The notes under the pieces: generated by a model
What the model was told of the DNA's origin: nothing
Database searches by the model: none
The model's input: the letters and a program-made list of their open reading frames with translations, nothing else
Program-made: the position numbers and the translations under genes
Part shown: positions 10,357 through 20,189 of the stretch, in pieces
Numbering within the stretch: the first letter of the stretch is position 1
Layout of the letters: each line of letters opens with the position of its first letter
NCBI GenBank assembly: GCA_963787105.1
Contig: CAWBBU010000012.1
Span: 48,774-112,773 of the forward strand
Reading direction: 5' to 3'
Source: an uncultured Bacillota bacterium
GTDB lineage: Bacteria > Sysuimicrobiota > Sysuimicrobiia > Sysuimicrobiales > Segetimicrobiaceae
Length of the DNA: 64,000 nucleotides

Positions 10357-11284
10357 TCAATGCGCGGAGGAGGACGCGGCTCTCGGGTTCGGCAGCGGGG
10401 TGAGCGTGCGTTCCAGCTCCGCCCGCATCGGCTCCAACATCGGCGGCAGCGACAGCGTCTCGCCGAGATGCGCGAGCGGCTCGTCCGCGGTGAACCCAGG
10501 GCCCGGCCGTGGCGATCTCGAAGAGCACGCCGCTCGGCTCGCGGAAGTAGATCGAGCGGAAGTAGAAGCGATCGATAATCGGCGTCGCGTGGCCGCCGGC
10601 CCGGATGACGCGCTCGCGCCATGCTTCGTGCTCGTTCATCGGCGAGGACCACGCCACGTGATGGACGGTGCCCGCGCCGCTGCGCCCCATCCCGGGCGCC
10701 CGATCGTACGTGTACGTCGCGCCCCGGGTGGCGCCCCGGACCTCAAACCGCTCGGCCCCATCCTTCCGAAACCCAACCGCCTCGTCGAGGAACCGGCGGC
10801 TCGCCTCCGGATCCCCCGCGTAGGCGCGCACGCCGTCGAATCCCTGCAGCGCGTACTCGATCGGGATCGCGGGGTGCATGGCCACGAGCGGCGCGTCGTC
10901 GACCGTTGAGACGCGGAGCTCATGGCCGAGTCCCTCAGGGTCTTCGAAGCGCAGGCCGCCGTCCTCCCGCCGCGCCGCGATCCGCTCATTCCGCAGCCGC
11001 GCGGTCCAGAACTCGAGCGCGTCCGGATTTCCGACCCGCCACAAAATGCAGTGCACCATGCCGTCGCCCGCGCGCCCGCGCGGCGCCCCCGGGTACTCGA
11101 AGAACGTGAGGTCGGCGCCCGGGCTGCCGAGCTCGTCCGCGTAGAACAGGTGGTACGCGGTCGGATCGTCCTGGTTGACGGTCTTCTTGACGAGCCGCAG
11201 TCCGAGGACGCGCGTGTAGAAATCGAGATTGGCGCGCGCGTCGCCCGTGACGGCGCTGACGTGGTGGATGCCGTTGAGGGTCAT
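10357..11284 (-). CDS. Two-domain VOC-family ring-cleaving dioxygenase-like protein (MhqO/YfiE-like), with a frameshift near 10496
   Basis: The N-terminus is [50 protein letters not shown]. The true C-terminus ([34 protein letters not shown]) is only in frame after removing one base near 10496. Confidence 0.7.
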
Positions 11285-11371
11285 GAGGTACCTCCCTGAT
11301 GGGGGACGTTCGTTCCCCTCGTACTACCGCGCGACGGCCGTGTTTATTCCGACCACCGCGGGCGGCGGCGG

Positions 11372-12154
11372 TCAGCGGCCGAGGCCGTCGAGGACCGCCA
11401 TATCCTCCGCGGAGAGCTCAAAGTCAAACACCTCGGCGTTTTCGCGAACGTGGTTCCGCTGGCTCGATTTCGGCAGCGGGACGGTCCCCTTCTGGAGCGC
11501 CCACCGCACGAGAATCTGCGCGGGGGTCTTCCCGTACGCCCCGGCGAGGGTGGCGACGCGCTGGTCGTCGAGACGGTGGCCTCTCGTCAGCGGGCTGTAC
11601 GCCTCCACGACGATGTGCTCTCGGGCGCAGTACTCGAGGAGCTTTGCATCCCACCCGAACGGGGAGACCCGCACTTGATTGACCGCGGGACGGACGCGGG
11701 CGGCCCGGAGGATATCGGCCAGCTGGCCGACCGAGTGGTTGCTGACGCCGATCGTCCGGCACCGGCCGTCGCCGACGAGCGCTTCCATGGCTTTCCAGGT
11801 GCGGGTGACAAGGCCCGGTGTGGCCCAGTGTACGAGATACAGGTCGATGTACTCGAGGCCGAGCCTCGCGAGGGTCGCGTCGAACGCGCGCCGGACATTC
11901 AATTGATCGGTCGGCCACAGTTTGGTGGTGATCCAGATCTGCTCGCGGGCAAGACCGCTCCGGCGGACGGCCTCGCCGACCCCCGATTCGTTGCCGTAGA
12001 ACTTGGCCGTGTCCACATGACGGTACCCGGCCTCAAACGCCCACGAGACCGCGTCGATCGTCGGCGCGCCGTCCGGAATCTCCCAGACCCCAAGGCCGAG
12101 TACCGGAATCGCCGTCCCGTTGTTCAGCGGTATCGTGGACTGTGCCGAGTGCAT
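11372..12154 (-). CDS. Aldo/keto reductase (2,5-diketo-D-gluconate reductase-like)
   Basis: The product includes IPVLGLGVWEIPDGAPTIDAVSWAFEAGYRHVDTAKFYGNE...IGVSNHSVGQLADIL...ILVRWALQKGTVPLPKSSQRNHVRENAEVFDFELSAEDM. Confidence 0.85.
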   Translation of the reverse strand: MHSAQSTIPLNNGTAIPVLGLGVWEIPDGAPTIDAVSWAFEAGYRHVDTAKFYGNESGVGEAVRRSGLAREQIWITTKLWPTDQLNVRRAFDATLARLGLEYIDLYLVHWATPGLVTRTWKAMEALVGDGRCRTIGVSNHSVGQLADILRAARVRPAVNQVRVSPFGWDAKLLEYCAREHIVVEAYSPLTRGHRLDDQRVATLAGAYGKTPAQILVRWALQKGTVPLPKSSQRNHVRENAEVFDFELSAEDMAVLDGLGR

Positions 12155-12440
12155 GTTGCCCCTCCCCGACCGAGTGACCTCGACAGCATTATACGGGTTG
12201 TTTGGAAGGAGTCCGTGGGCACGGGACGAGCGTCCGGCGAGCCACGAAGGCCTTCACACTGAATTGATCCCGTGCCCTCGTGATGTCCGGTATTTGCCCC
12301 GTGCGGGCATATAAAACTTTTGGAGTAGGTCTTTTAGTGCACGTCCATGGCCGGATATCCCATGGTTGTGGGCATGCACCGATCGTAGTCTGGATTCAGC
12401 GAATCGAGCGCCGCTCGGGGTGTAGAGAGTGATCAGACGC

Positions 12441-12986
12441 ATGTTGCATGGGGAGGAAGCCGGCTACTCGCTGATCGAGCTGGCGGTAGTCTCGATCATC
12501 GTCGGGCTGGCGGCGAGCATCCTCATGCCGTCGATCCAAGGCTATCAGGGGAACGCGCAGACGCGCACCGTCGCGATGCAGGCGGTCGCCCAGTTCCGGC
12601 AGGCGCAGATGTCCGCGATGGCGCTCGACGAGCAGATCAACGTGATGTTCGATCCCACCGCCGATCTGCCCTCGCGCGGCAACGCGCAGGGATATGAGTT
12701 CTGCCTGCCGAGCGCGGCTTGCAGCTTCTCCGCCACGTGGTCCACGTCGGATCCGGCGATGATCAAGAACGTGATCCCCAATTCGGTGAAGATCACGGCG
12801 TACTGCTACCGGGGGGCGTTTACGCCAACCGGGCAGTACCTCAACTGGTCCGGCGTCTGCCCCGGCGCGGGGGCATCCATCGAGGCGCTGTGTTTCGACG
12901 GCGGCGGGCAGAAGTTCTACCTGACCATCCAAGTCGCCACTGGGGAAGTGAGTCTCAGCGCAAAGCAAAGCGGGTCGTGCCCGTAG
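12441..12986 (+). CDS. Orphan type IV pilin/pseudopilin-like protein (prepilin N-terminal cleavage/methylation domain) with a Cys-rich C-terminal domain
   Basis: The leader is MLHGEEAG, followed by YSLIELAVVSIIVGLAASIL. This matches G-[FY]xLIE with Glu at +5 and a hydrophobic helix. The C-terminal domain has 6 Cys. The gene is preceded by a roughly 270-bp lower-GC intergenic region. Confidence 0.55.
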   Translation: MLHGEEAGYSLIELAVVSIIVGLAASILMPSIQGYQGNAQTRTVAMQAVAQFRQAQMSAMALDEQINVMFDPTADLPSRGNAQGYEFCLPSAACSFSATWSTSDPAMIKNVIPNSVKITAYCYRGAFTPTGQYLNWSGVCPGAGASIEALCFDGGGQKFYLTIQVATGEVSLSAKQSGSCP

Positions 12987-13187
12987 CACCCGTCTTGCGC
13001 CCGCACGTCACGCCTTCGGTCCGCTCGCCACACGTAGAGATTCCTCGCTAACCGGCATCGGGAGTCCGCGGCGCGGATTTGCCGGACGCGCGTTCCGTTC
13101 TCACACCAACCCGAACATCAGGGGCCCGGCCGCGGAAAACGTGCGCGCCGGTCCCGACCGCCAACTCCGAGTTGCTACGATAGGCGC

Positions 13188-14211
13188 ATGCGGCTTGCGG
13201 ACTTCGACTACATGCTTCCCCGCGACCGGATCGCGCAATCGCCCGCCGTGCCCCGGGACAGCGCGCGGCTCCTGGTCCTGTCCCGCGCCGATGGCGCGAT
13301 GGCGCACCGCACGTTTCGGGAGCTTCCGGAGTTCCTGCGGTCGGGTGACGTTCTGGTGGTGAATAACACGCGCGTGCTGCCTGCGCGCCTGCGCGGCCGC
13401 CGGGACACCGGCGGAGCCGTCGAGCTGCTCCTCCTCCGTGCCCGGGACGATGGCGCCTGGGAGGCGCTCGTGCGGCCCGGACGGCGGGTGCGCGACGGGC
13501 AGCGCCTCATCTTTGGCGACGGCGCGCTCGAGGCAACCGCCGGGCCTCGGACCCCAACCGGGTCGCGCCTAGTTACGCTGACGTGTCAGGGGTGACCTTC
13601 AGACCGTCCTCCGAGCGATTGGGGAGATGCCGGTGCCCCCCTACATCGAACGGCGGCTCGACGATCCTGAGAGCTACCAGACGGTGTACGCGGAGCGGGA
13701 CGGTGCCGTGGCGGCGCCGACCGCGGGACTCCACTTTACGCCGGCGCTGCTCGAGGCGGTGCGCGCGCGTGGCGTCGATCTTGCGGTCGTGACACTGCAC
13801 GTGGGCCTCGGGACATTTCGTGCGGTGGAGGTGGACGACGTGACCGCGCACCGGATGGAGGCCGAATGGTACGAGGTGCCCCAGGCCGCCGCGGACGCGG
13901 TGAATCGGGCCCGCGCGCGGGGCGGACGCGTCGTGGTCGTGGGGACCACCGGCGTGCGCACGCTCGAGTCGGTGGCCGAGGACGACGGCACGGTCCGGGC
14001 CGGGAGCGGCTGGACCGTGCTCTTTATCACGCCGGGGTTTCGGTACCGGACGACGGACGCCCTGATCACGAACTTCCACCTGCCGCGGACGACGCTCCTC
14101 ATGCTTGTCAGCGCGTTCGCGGGCCGTGAGCGCGTGCTGGCGGCGTACGAGGCGGCGGTGCGCGAGGGGTACCGCTTCTACAGCTTCGGGGACGCGATGC
14201 TGATCGTGTAA
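13188..14211 (+). CDS. queA: tRNA ribosyltransferase-isomerase QueA, with a frameshift near 13580
   Basis: The N-terminus is MRLADFDYMLPRDRIAQSPAVPRDSARLLVL. The reading frame changes between LVTL and RAIGEMPVPPYIERRLDDPESYQTVYA...GLHFTPALL...ITNFHLPRTTLLMLVSAFAG. Confidence 0.85.
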
Positions 14212-14334
14212 TCCGATCCGCCGCGGCGGAGGAACTTGCGCAGGGCCCGTCTTGGCGTCGACGCGACCTCCCGCGCGTGCTCGGTCGGGCCGACCTCAGG
14301 AGGTGCGCAGCACGCGGACGGTTGATGGGCCGCG

Positions 14335-14898
14335 TCAGCGGTCGCGGAACACGACGGACGCGTCCGTCATTCGCCGGTGGAACGCTTGCTCCGTCGCGAT
14401 GGTCTTCGCCCCATAGAACAACTCATCGAATCCGTACCACACCGCGTACCAGCCGCCCGGCTCAAGCACGACGGTCAGGCACGCGGCGGCAAAGTCGTTG
14501 TGGACGTAGGTTCTGACCAGCGCGCTCGCCAACAGCATCGCCGTGCCAATCAGCGCCAGTAAGGTCCCATGGGAGTGGGCGTGCTGCCGCTGTGCCTCAA
14601 GCGCGTCCGCCCGCTCGTCGAAGTGTCGATGCAGGCGTTCGCGAATCACCGCCTCGTCCTGGGCGCTCCGCTCTGAACTCGGCATGAAAAACTCAAGCTG
14701 CGGCGCCGCCTTCGATCGGTCGAGGCGCGGTTTCGCGATTTCCGTGAGAAAGTCATCCGACAGCGTGCGCTCGGCGTACGGGCGTGGATCGAAATGGGAG
14801 AAGAGGTCGTCGTAGGTGCGGAGCCGGATCGCGATGATGCGCCGATCGCCGGAGGCGTCCGCCGGTCCTCCGTGCGCCTCTGGGGTGCTCTTCGACAC
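14335..14898 (-). CDS. Hypothetical protein with two C-terminal predicted TM helices
   Basis: A 187-aa ORF reads MSKSTPEAHGG...RIIAIRLRTYDDLFSHFDPRPYAERTLSDDFLTEIAKP...GTLLALIGTAMLLASALV...AAACLTVVLEPGGWYAVWYGF. I do not recognise a family. Confidence 0.4.
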   Translation of the reverse strand: MSKSTPEAHGGPADASGDRRIIAIRLRTYDDLFSHFDPRPYAERTLSDDFLTEIAKPRLDRSKAAPQLEFFMPSSERSAQDEAVIRERLHRHFDERADALEAQRQHAHSHGTLLALIGTAMLLASALVRTYVHNDFAAACLTVVLEPGGWYAVWYGFDELFYGAKTIATEQAFHRRMTDASVVFRDR

Positions 14899-14902
14899 GC
14901 AG

Positions 14903-15421
14903 CTAGGCGCGCCGGGTCCAGCCGCGATCCTCGGCCACCCACTGTGCGAGCGGGCGTCCGAGGTAGTCCTTCCCGTCCACCTGGTAGCCGGCGGCTTGGA
15001 GCCTCAGCACCGCCTCGGCGTAGTAGCGATAATCAACCTGCCAGACCCCGCGCAGCGGGTTCTTGTACAGGCCGAGGCCGCCGAGGATCTTGGCGAGGTT
15101 GGCGTCCTCGGTGGCGTCGCATGTGAACTCGACCGCCTGCGTCAGCGTGCCAAACGCGCGGATCTCGGGGTGCTGCGGCGCCACGACCGGCGCACCGCCG
15201 GGGTTGCGCGACGCGACGAGCGGTTTGAACCCGCCCGGCGCCGGGGCCGCTGTTTTGGCCGCGGGACCCGCGGCGGGCGTGGGGGAGGCGGCGCGCTCCG
15301 CCTTCAGCGCCTCGGCGCGCGCTTTGGCCGCGGCGATGCGTTCCTCGCGGCTCGGGTCTCCGGCCGCGGCAGGGCTCGGTGCCGGCGGCGGTGCGGGCGT
15401 GTTCGGTGTCTCGTCGGCCAT
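14903..15421 (-). CDS. Hypothetical protein: Ala/Pro-rich N-terminus plus a conserved-looking C-terminal domain
   Basis: A 172-aa ORF. The N-terminus is low-complexity (AAAKARAEALKAERAASPTPAAGPAAK). The C-terminus reads HPEIRAFGTLTQAVEFTCDATEDANLAKILGGLGLYKNPLRGVWQVDYRYYAEAVLRLQAAGYQVDGKDYLGRPL. It forms a tight operon with 14335-14898 (5-nt gap). Confidence 0.4.
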   Translation of the reverse strand: MADETPNTPAPPPAPSPAAAGDPSREERIAAAKARAEALKAERAASPTPAAGPAAKTAAPAPGGFKPLVASRNPGGAPVVAPQHPEIRAFGTLTQAVEFTCDATEDANLAKILGGLGLYKNPLRGVWQVDYRYYAEAVLRLQAAGYQVDGKDYLGRPLAQWVAEDRGWTRRA

Positions 15422-15540
15422 GTCGCTCTCCCGAGATGGTCTCTATGCTCTGCATTCTACCCGACGGCGGAACGGCGCGCGAGGGTCGCCGCTGGGCGCC
15501 TGTGCGGCGGCGCGTCCGGATCGCGTGCTATACTCCACCC

Positions 15541-16656
15541 GTGGCCTTTCGCTTCACGTTGACGCACGTCGATCGCGACACCGGCGCCCGGGCGGGCGTC
15601 CTCGACACCCCGCACGGCTCCGTTGAGACGCCCGCGTTCATGCCCGTCGGCACCCACGGTACCGTGCGCGCGCTCACGCCCGAAGAGGTCCGCGGTGCCG
15701 GCGCCGAGATCGTGCTCGCCAACACGTTTCACCTGATGCTGCGGCCCGGCGCGGCGCTGATCGCGAAGGCCGGCGGCCTGCACGCGTTCATGCACTGGGA
15801 TGGCCCGCTCCTCGTCGACAGCGGCGGGTTCCAAGTGTTCAGCCTGCCGCACCTCCGTCAGGTGAGTGATGAGGGCGTCACGTTCCGCTCGCCGATCGAG
15901 GGCACGGTGGTGCGGCTCACGCCCGAGCGCGTCACCGAGATCGAGGAGGCCCTCGGCGCCGACATCATCATGCCGCTCGATGTGTGTCTTGGGTTTTCCA
16001 CGAGCCCGCGCGACGCCGAGGAAGCCCTTCGCCGGACGGCGGCGTGGGCGGTGCGCGCCCGGACGGCCCAGCGGCGGACGGACCAGACGCTGTTCGCGAT
16101 CGTGCAGGGCGGGTTCGAGGCCGATCTGCGAGGGCGGGCCGCGGATGAAATGGCGGCGCTCGAGTTCCCAGGGTACGCGGTCGGCGGCCTCTCGGTCGGC
16201 GAGCCGCGGCCGCTGACGTACGATCTCGTGGCCGAGGTGACGTCCCGTCTTCCGGCCGACAAGCCCCGCTACCTGATGGGGGTCGGCGTGCCGCCGAGCG
16301 TGATCGAGGCGGTGGCCCGGGGGGCCGATATGTTCGACTGCGTGCTGCCGACGCGGGTCGGCCGCAATGGGATTGCGCTGACCCCGGACGGCCGCCTGAA
16401 CCTCCGGCACGCCGCGCATGCCGACGCGCTCGCCCCGTTGGAGGATGGGTGCCCATGCCCCGCATGCCAGGGCTACTCGCGCGCGTACCTGCGTCATCTG
16501 TTCAAGGCGGGGGAGATGCTGGGGCCCCGGCTCGTGAGCCTGCACAACCTGACGTTCATGGCGCGCCTGACACGGGCGATGCGGGCGGCGATCCTCGAGG
16601 ACCGGTTCACGTCGTGGAGCCGCGGCGTGCTCGACCGGTATCGGACCGCGTGGTGA
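15541..16656 (+). CDS. tgt: Queuine tRNA-ribosyltransferase
   Basis: The product includes FRFTLTHVDRDTGARAGVLDTPHGSVETPAFMPVGTHGTVRAL...LVDSGGFQVFSL...MGVGVP..DMFDCVLPTR...CPCPACQGYSRAYLRHL, which is the Zn site. The start codon is uncertain; a GTG at 15541 is proposed. Confidence 0.85.
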   Translation: MAFRFTLTHVDRDTGARAGVLDTPHGSVETPAFMPVGTHGTVRALTPEEVRGAGAEIVLANTFHLMLRPGAALIAKAGGLHAFMHWDGPLLVDSGGFQVFSLPHLRQVSDEGVTFRSPIEGTVVRLTPERVTEIEEALGADIIMPLDVCLGFSTSPRDAEEALRRTAAWAVRARTAQRRTDQTLFAIVQGGFEADLRGRAADEMAALEFPGYAVGGLSVGEPRPLTYDLVAEVTSRLPADKPRYLMGVGVPPSVIEAVARGADMFDCVLPTRVGRNGIALTPDGRLNLRHAAHADALAPLEDGCPCPACQGYSRAYLRHLFKAGEMLGPRLVSLHNLTFMARLTRAMRAAILEDRFTSWSRGVLDRYRTAW

Positions 16657-16741
16657 GCGCCGCGCGGAGGCATCGGGGAGGGAATCGTTTTCCCGTGCGA
16701 GAACATGAGTGCCTTATGTTGTTCCCGGGGACGCGCGCGCG

Positions 16742-17020
16742 ATGACGCCGCAACTGGTCCAGTTGCTGCCGCTCGTGGCATTTTTTGCGCTGCTGTACGT
16801 CATGATGATTCGCCCGCAGCAGGTCCAGCAGAAGAAGTACCGGGAGATGCTGTCGCGGCTCAAGAAGGGCGACCGCGTGGTCACGCGCGGCGGGCTGTTC
16901 GCGGTCGTGCTCGAGGTCAAGGACCAGCAGCTCACGCTCGAGCTCGCTCAGAACTTGCGCGTGCGCGCCGAGCGCAGCGCCGTGCAGGCCGTCGTCAACA
17001 AGGGAGGGAGCGGCGCCTAA
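16742..17020 (+). CDS. yajC: Preprotein translocase subunit YajC
   Basis: The product is MTPQLVQLLPLVAFFALLYVMMIRPQQVQQKKYREMLSRLKKGDRVVTRGGLFAVVLEV. Confidence 0.85.
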   Translation: MTPQLVQLLPLVAFFALLYVMMIRPQQVQQKKYREMLSRLKKGDRVVTRGGLFAVVLEVKDQQLTLELAQNLRVRAERSAVQAVVNKGGSGA

Positions 17021-17038
17021 CGCGGCGCCGACTCCGGG

Positions 17039-17752
17039 ATGCCCGATCCGCAGGGCGCGGCCGCGAGCGTGACGCCGGAGCTCCGCCGCCGGCCGGTCAC
17101 GTTGGACGAGGTGAAGCGGGACCGCGAGGTCGACGTGTACATCGCGAAGGCGGACGAGTACACGGGGGCGATCGGGTACACGGAGCACGGGCTGCGCCAC
17201 GCGAACTTGGTCGCGAGCATCGCCTCGAATATCCTGCGCCTCCTCGGCCGCGCCGAGCGGGCGATGCAGCTCGCGGCGATCTCGGGGTATCTCCACGACA
17301 TCGGCAACGTGGTGGGACGCGTGAACCACGAGCACACCGGCGCGCTGCTCGCGGCTGGCATCCTCGACCGTCTGGGGATGGACCCGTTGGAGCGCGCGAT
17401 TGTGATGGGCGCGATCGGCAACCACGAGGAGCAGACCGGCGAGCCGGTGAGCGAGGTCGGCGCCGCGCTGATCATCGCGGACAAGTCCGACGTGCACCGG
17501 ACCCGGGTGCGCAACCCGGAGCCGCGGACGTTCGATATGCACGATCGCGTGAATCACGCGGTGGAGCACTCGTTCCTGCGCGTGGACGGGCGCGCGAATA
17601 CGGTGACGCTGGAGCTCACGATCGATACGGGTCTCTCACAGGTCATGGAGTACTTCGAGATCTTCCTTCCGCGCATGGTGCTGTGCCGGCGCGCGGCGGC
17701 GTTTCTCGGCTCGCAGTTCAAGCTGCAGATCAACGGCACGAAGCTCTTGTAG
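17039..17752 (+). CDS. HD-domain phosphohydrolase-family protein
   Basis: An H...HD metal motif is present (HGLRHANLVASIASNI...ISGYLHDIGNVVGRVNHEHTG). Confidence 0.55.
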   Translation: MPDPQGAAASVTPELRRRPVTLDEVKRDREVDVYIAKADEYTGAIGYTEHGLRHANLVASIASNILRLLGRAERAMQLAAISGYLHDIGNVVGRVNHEHTGALLAAGILDRLGMDPLERAIVMGAIGNHEEQTGEPVSEVGAALIIADKSDVHRTRVRNPEPRTFDMHDRVNHAVEHSFLRVDGRANTVTLELTIDTGLSQVMEYFEIFLPRMVLCRRAAAFLGSQFKLQINGTKLL

Positions 17753-17780
17753 ACCCACGAGTCCGAAGCAGAAGGAGGAC

Positions 17781-18113
17781 ATGATGGCGATTGTATTGTA
17801 CCGGTGTCAATCCTGCGGTGAGCTGCACGAGGCCTCGGTGCGGCCTGGAGGCGGCTCGGTGTACCTGCGGTGTATTGTCACGCGCGCGTGGGCGTGGCAC
17901 GAGCCGTCCAACTTTCTAGGCGCGACCGCATCCGCGCCCGCCGCGGCCTCACGGCCTGCACCAGCGCGGGCGAAGGCCGCGCCCTCGCGCAAGGCCGCGG
18001 CACCGAAGCGCGCGGCGCCGAGCCGCAAGCCGGCCGCACGGAAAGCCGCGCCGCGCAAATCCGCCGCGAAGGCGAGCACGAAGAAGGTCGCCGCGAAGCG
18101 CCGCAAGGGCTAG
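17781..18113 (+). CDS. Small protein: N-terminal Cys-containing (zinc-ribbon-like) module plus a C-terminal Ala/Lys/Pro-rich histone-H1/Hlp-like basic tail
   Basis: The N-terminus is MMAIVLYRCQSCGELHEASVRPGGGSVYLRCIVTRAWAWHEP. The tail is PAPARAKAAPSRKAAAPKRAAPSRKPAARKAAPRKSAAKASTKKVAAKRRKG. Confidence 0.5.
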   Translation: MMAIVLYRCQSCGELHEASVRPGGGSVYLRCIVTRAWAWHEPSNFLGATASAPAAASRPAPARAKAAPSRKAAAPKRAAPSRKPAARKAAPRKSAAKASTKKVAAKRRKG

Positions 18114-18126
18114 CAGCGAGGTGTTG

Positions 18127-18180
18127 GGACGGTCCGGCGGACCCCGGTCTCCGGGGATCCTCCGGACCGTTCGTATGTTC
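18127..18180 (+). terminator. Putative intrinsic terminator: nested GC-rich hairpin followed by a T-containing tract
   Basis: GGACGGTCCGG (18127-18137) pairs with CCGGACCGTTC (18162-18172). An inner CCCCGG-tct-CCGGGG hairpin lies inside it, followed by gtatgttct. It starts 14 nt after the stop of the preceding gene. Confidence 0.4.
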
Positions 18181-18299
18181 TCCCCCTCACAATTTCACCG
18201 AGAATTTTCGCCTAAATCCAATCCGAACGCACAGGTTTTGCGTAGTTAGTCATAGAATTCCCGAGATTCGTGAGGGGATCCAAGCCTGGTGAGCGGACG

Positions 18300-18905
18300 A
18301 TGAGCGAGTGGCTAACCTTGGGCGAGGCCGCGCGGCTCCTCGGAGTCGACGAGACCACCCTTCGGGGCTGGGCGGACGCCGGGAAGGTGCGGGTCTACCG
18401 GACACCCGGCGGGCACCGCCGATTCAATGCGTCCGATCTCGCCGGTCTGCTGAGTTCGGCGGAGCCGAATCCGACGAGTCCGGACGCGCTGAGGGAGAGT
18501 CTCCTTCCGTCCGAGGGCGGGGAATCTGCACGGGAATGGATGACGTCGCGGCCATGGTTCGCCGGCATCGACGCCGAGGCGCGCGGACGGGCGCGCGCGC
18601 AGTGCGCCAAACTGATGGAGGCGCTGGCCACGTATCTAGAGACGGACGACGCGTCCCGAGCTGCGCAGGTGTCGAGCGCTCGCCTTATCGGGACCGAGCT
18701 CGGACGGGAGGTCGCGCACTGGGGTCTGACGCCGTCGCAGTCCACGGACGTGTTTCTGCACTTCAAACGCGGCGTCACCGAGATGCTCGCGGCATCGCGC
18801 CGCGCCGGGTCCGGACAGATTCGCTCGATGCGCGACGCCGACGCGTTTTTGGGGGACGCCCTCCAAGCCATGATGGAGGCGTACGAGGAGCGACGCCCTG
18901 TCTAG
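18300..18905 (+). CDS. MerR/excisionase-type HTH DNA-binding protein with a C-terminal domain of unknown function
   Basis: The HTH segment is MSEWLTLGEAARLLGVDETTLRGWADAGKVRVYRTPGGHRRFNASDL. It is followed by about 150 aa of helical sequence. The gene lies immediately upstream of hemA. Confidence 0.55.
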   Translation: MSEWLTLGEAARLLGVDETTLRGWADAGKVRVYRTPGGHRRFNASDLAGLLSSAEPNPTSPDALRESLLPSEGGESAREWMTSRPWFAGIDAEARGRARAQCAKLMEALATYLETDDASRAAQVSSARLIGTELGREVAHWGLTPSQSTDVFLHFKRGVTEMLAASRRAGSGQIRSMRDADAFLGDALQAMMEAYEERRPV

Positions 18906-18930
18906 CAACCATGGAGAGAGAGGACCGGCG

Positions 18931-20189
18931 GTGGCGCCTGTGACTCACGGCGTGCAGGAGTACTTGGTCGTTGGCGTGAGCCACCGCACCGCGGACGTGG
19001 CGCTGCGCGAGCAGTTCGCGGTGGACGCCGCCCGGTTTCCCGCGGTGCTCGATGCGATCCGCGCCTGTGACGGCATCGATGAGGCGGTCTTACTGTCCAC
19101 CTGCAATCGCGTCGAATGGTACCTGGCCGGGCAGCGGCCGGAATCGGCGGCGGCGGCGGCGATCGCCTTCTTCGGAGCGGCCGGGTCCGACGCCGCGTCC
19201 GCGGTGCGGGTACGAGCGGCGTGGACGCGGTGCGCCATACCTTCCGCGTGGCGGGCGGGCTCGAGTCAATGATCGTCGGGGAGTGCCAGATCCTGGGTCA
19301 GATGCGCTCCGGCTTCGGGGCGTCGCAGGCTGCCGGGTCGGTCGGCCCATCGCTCGACGCGCTGTTTCGCGCGGCGCTCGCGGCGGGTCGGCGCGTGCAG
19401 CGGGAGACCGAGATCGGGCGCGGGGCGGCATCAGTGCCGGCCGCGGCCGTCGCGCACGCCCGGCGTCTCTTAGGGTCGCTCGCCGATCGGCGCGTCCTCG
19501 TGATCGGCGCGGGCAAGATGGGGGAAGTGACGGTCCAGGCCATGATGGAGGCGGGGGCCCGCACGGTCGTCGTGGTCAACCGGACGGAGGCGGCGGCCCG
19601 CGAACTCGCCGCGATGTTCGGCGGGACCGTGGCGCCCTTTGACCGGCTCGCAGACGAGCTGACGCGCACCGACGTGGCGATTGTCAGCACCGGCGCCGGC
19701 GGCGTCATTTTGGACGCCGCGACCGTCGGCGCGGCCGCGGCCGGACGGACGGCGCCGCTGGTGATCGTTGATATCGCCGTCCCGCGCAACGTTGATCCTG
19801 GGGCCGGCGCAGTTCGGGGCGTGCATCTCTGTGATATCGACGATCTGATGGAGACGCCCGACGGCGCCGGTCGGGACAGCGTGCGCCGTGCCGAGGCGCT
19901 CGTCGAGGACGACGTCCAGGGATTCGTACGCGCGCGCGCCGCACGGAGTGCCGCCTCGGTGATCGCCGCGGCCCGCGCGGACGCGAATGCGATCCTCGAG
20001 CAGGAGTGGGGCCGCGCGCGGGGACGCCTCGCGTCGCTCACCCCGGAAGAAGCCGACGCGGTGCGGACGGTCCTCCAGCGCGTCGTCAACAAAGTGCTTC
20101 ACCGCCCGATCACCGCGCTGACGGCGGCCGCGGAGTCGGGGCACCTCGCCGGCGCACCCGCGGGCGCCGACGCGGGGGACGGCGGGTGA
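18931..20189 (+). CDS. hemA: Glutamyl-tRNA reductase, with a frameshift near 19160-19215
   Basis: The N-terminus (LVVGVSHRTADVALREQFAV..LLSTCNRVEWYLAG) is in one frame. AVRHTFRVAGGLESMIVGECQILGQ...VIGAGKMGEV...NRTEAAARELA continues in another. Confidence 0.85.

Noticed and set aside
13040-13187. Possible ncRNA/terminator hairpin (GGGCCCGGCCGCGGAAAACGTGCGCGCCGGTCCC) between the pilin-like gene and queA
   Set aside because: The stem is imperfect and no U-tract follows. I cannot distinguish it from random GC-rich secondary structure.
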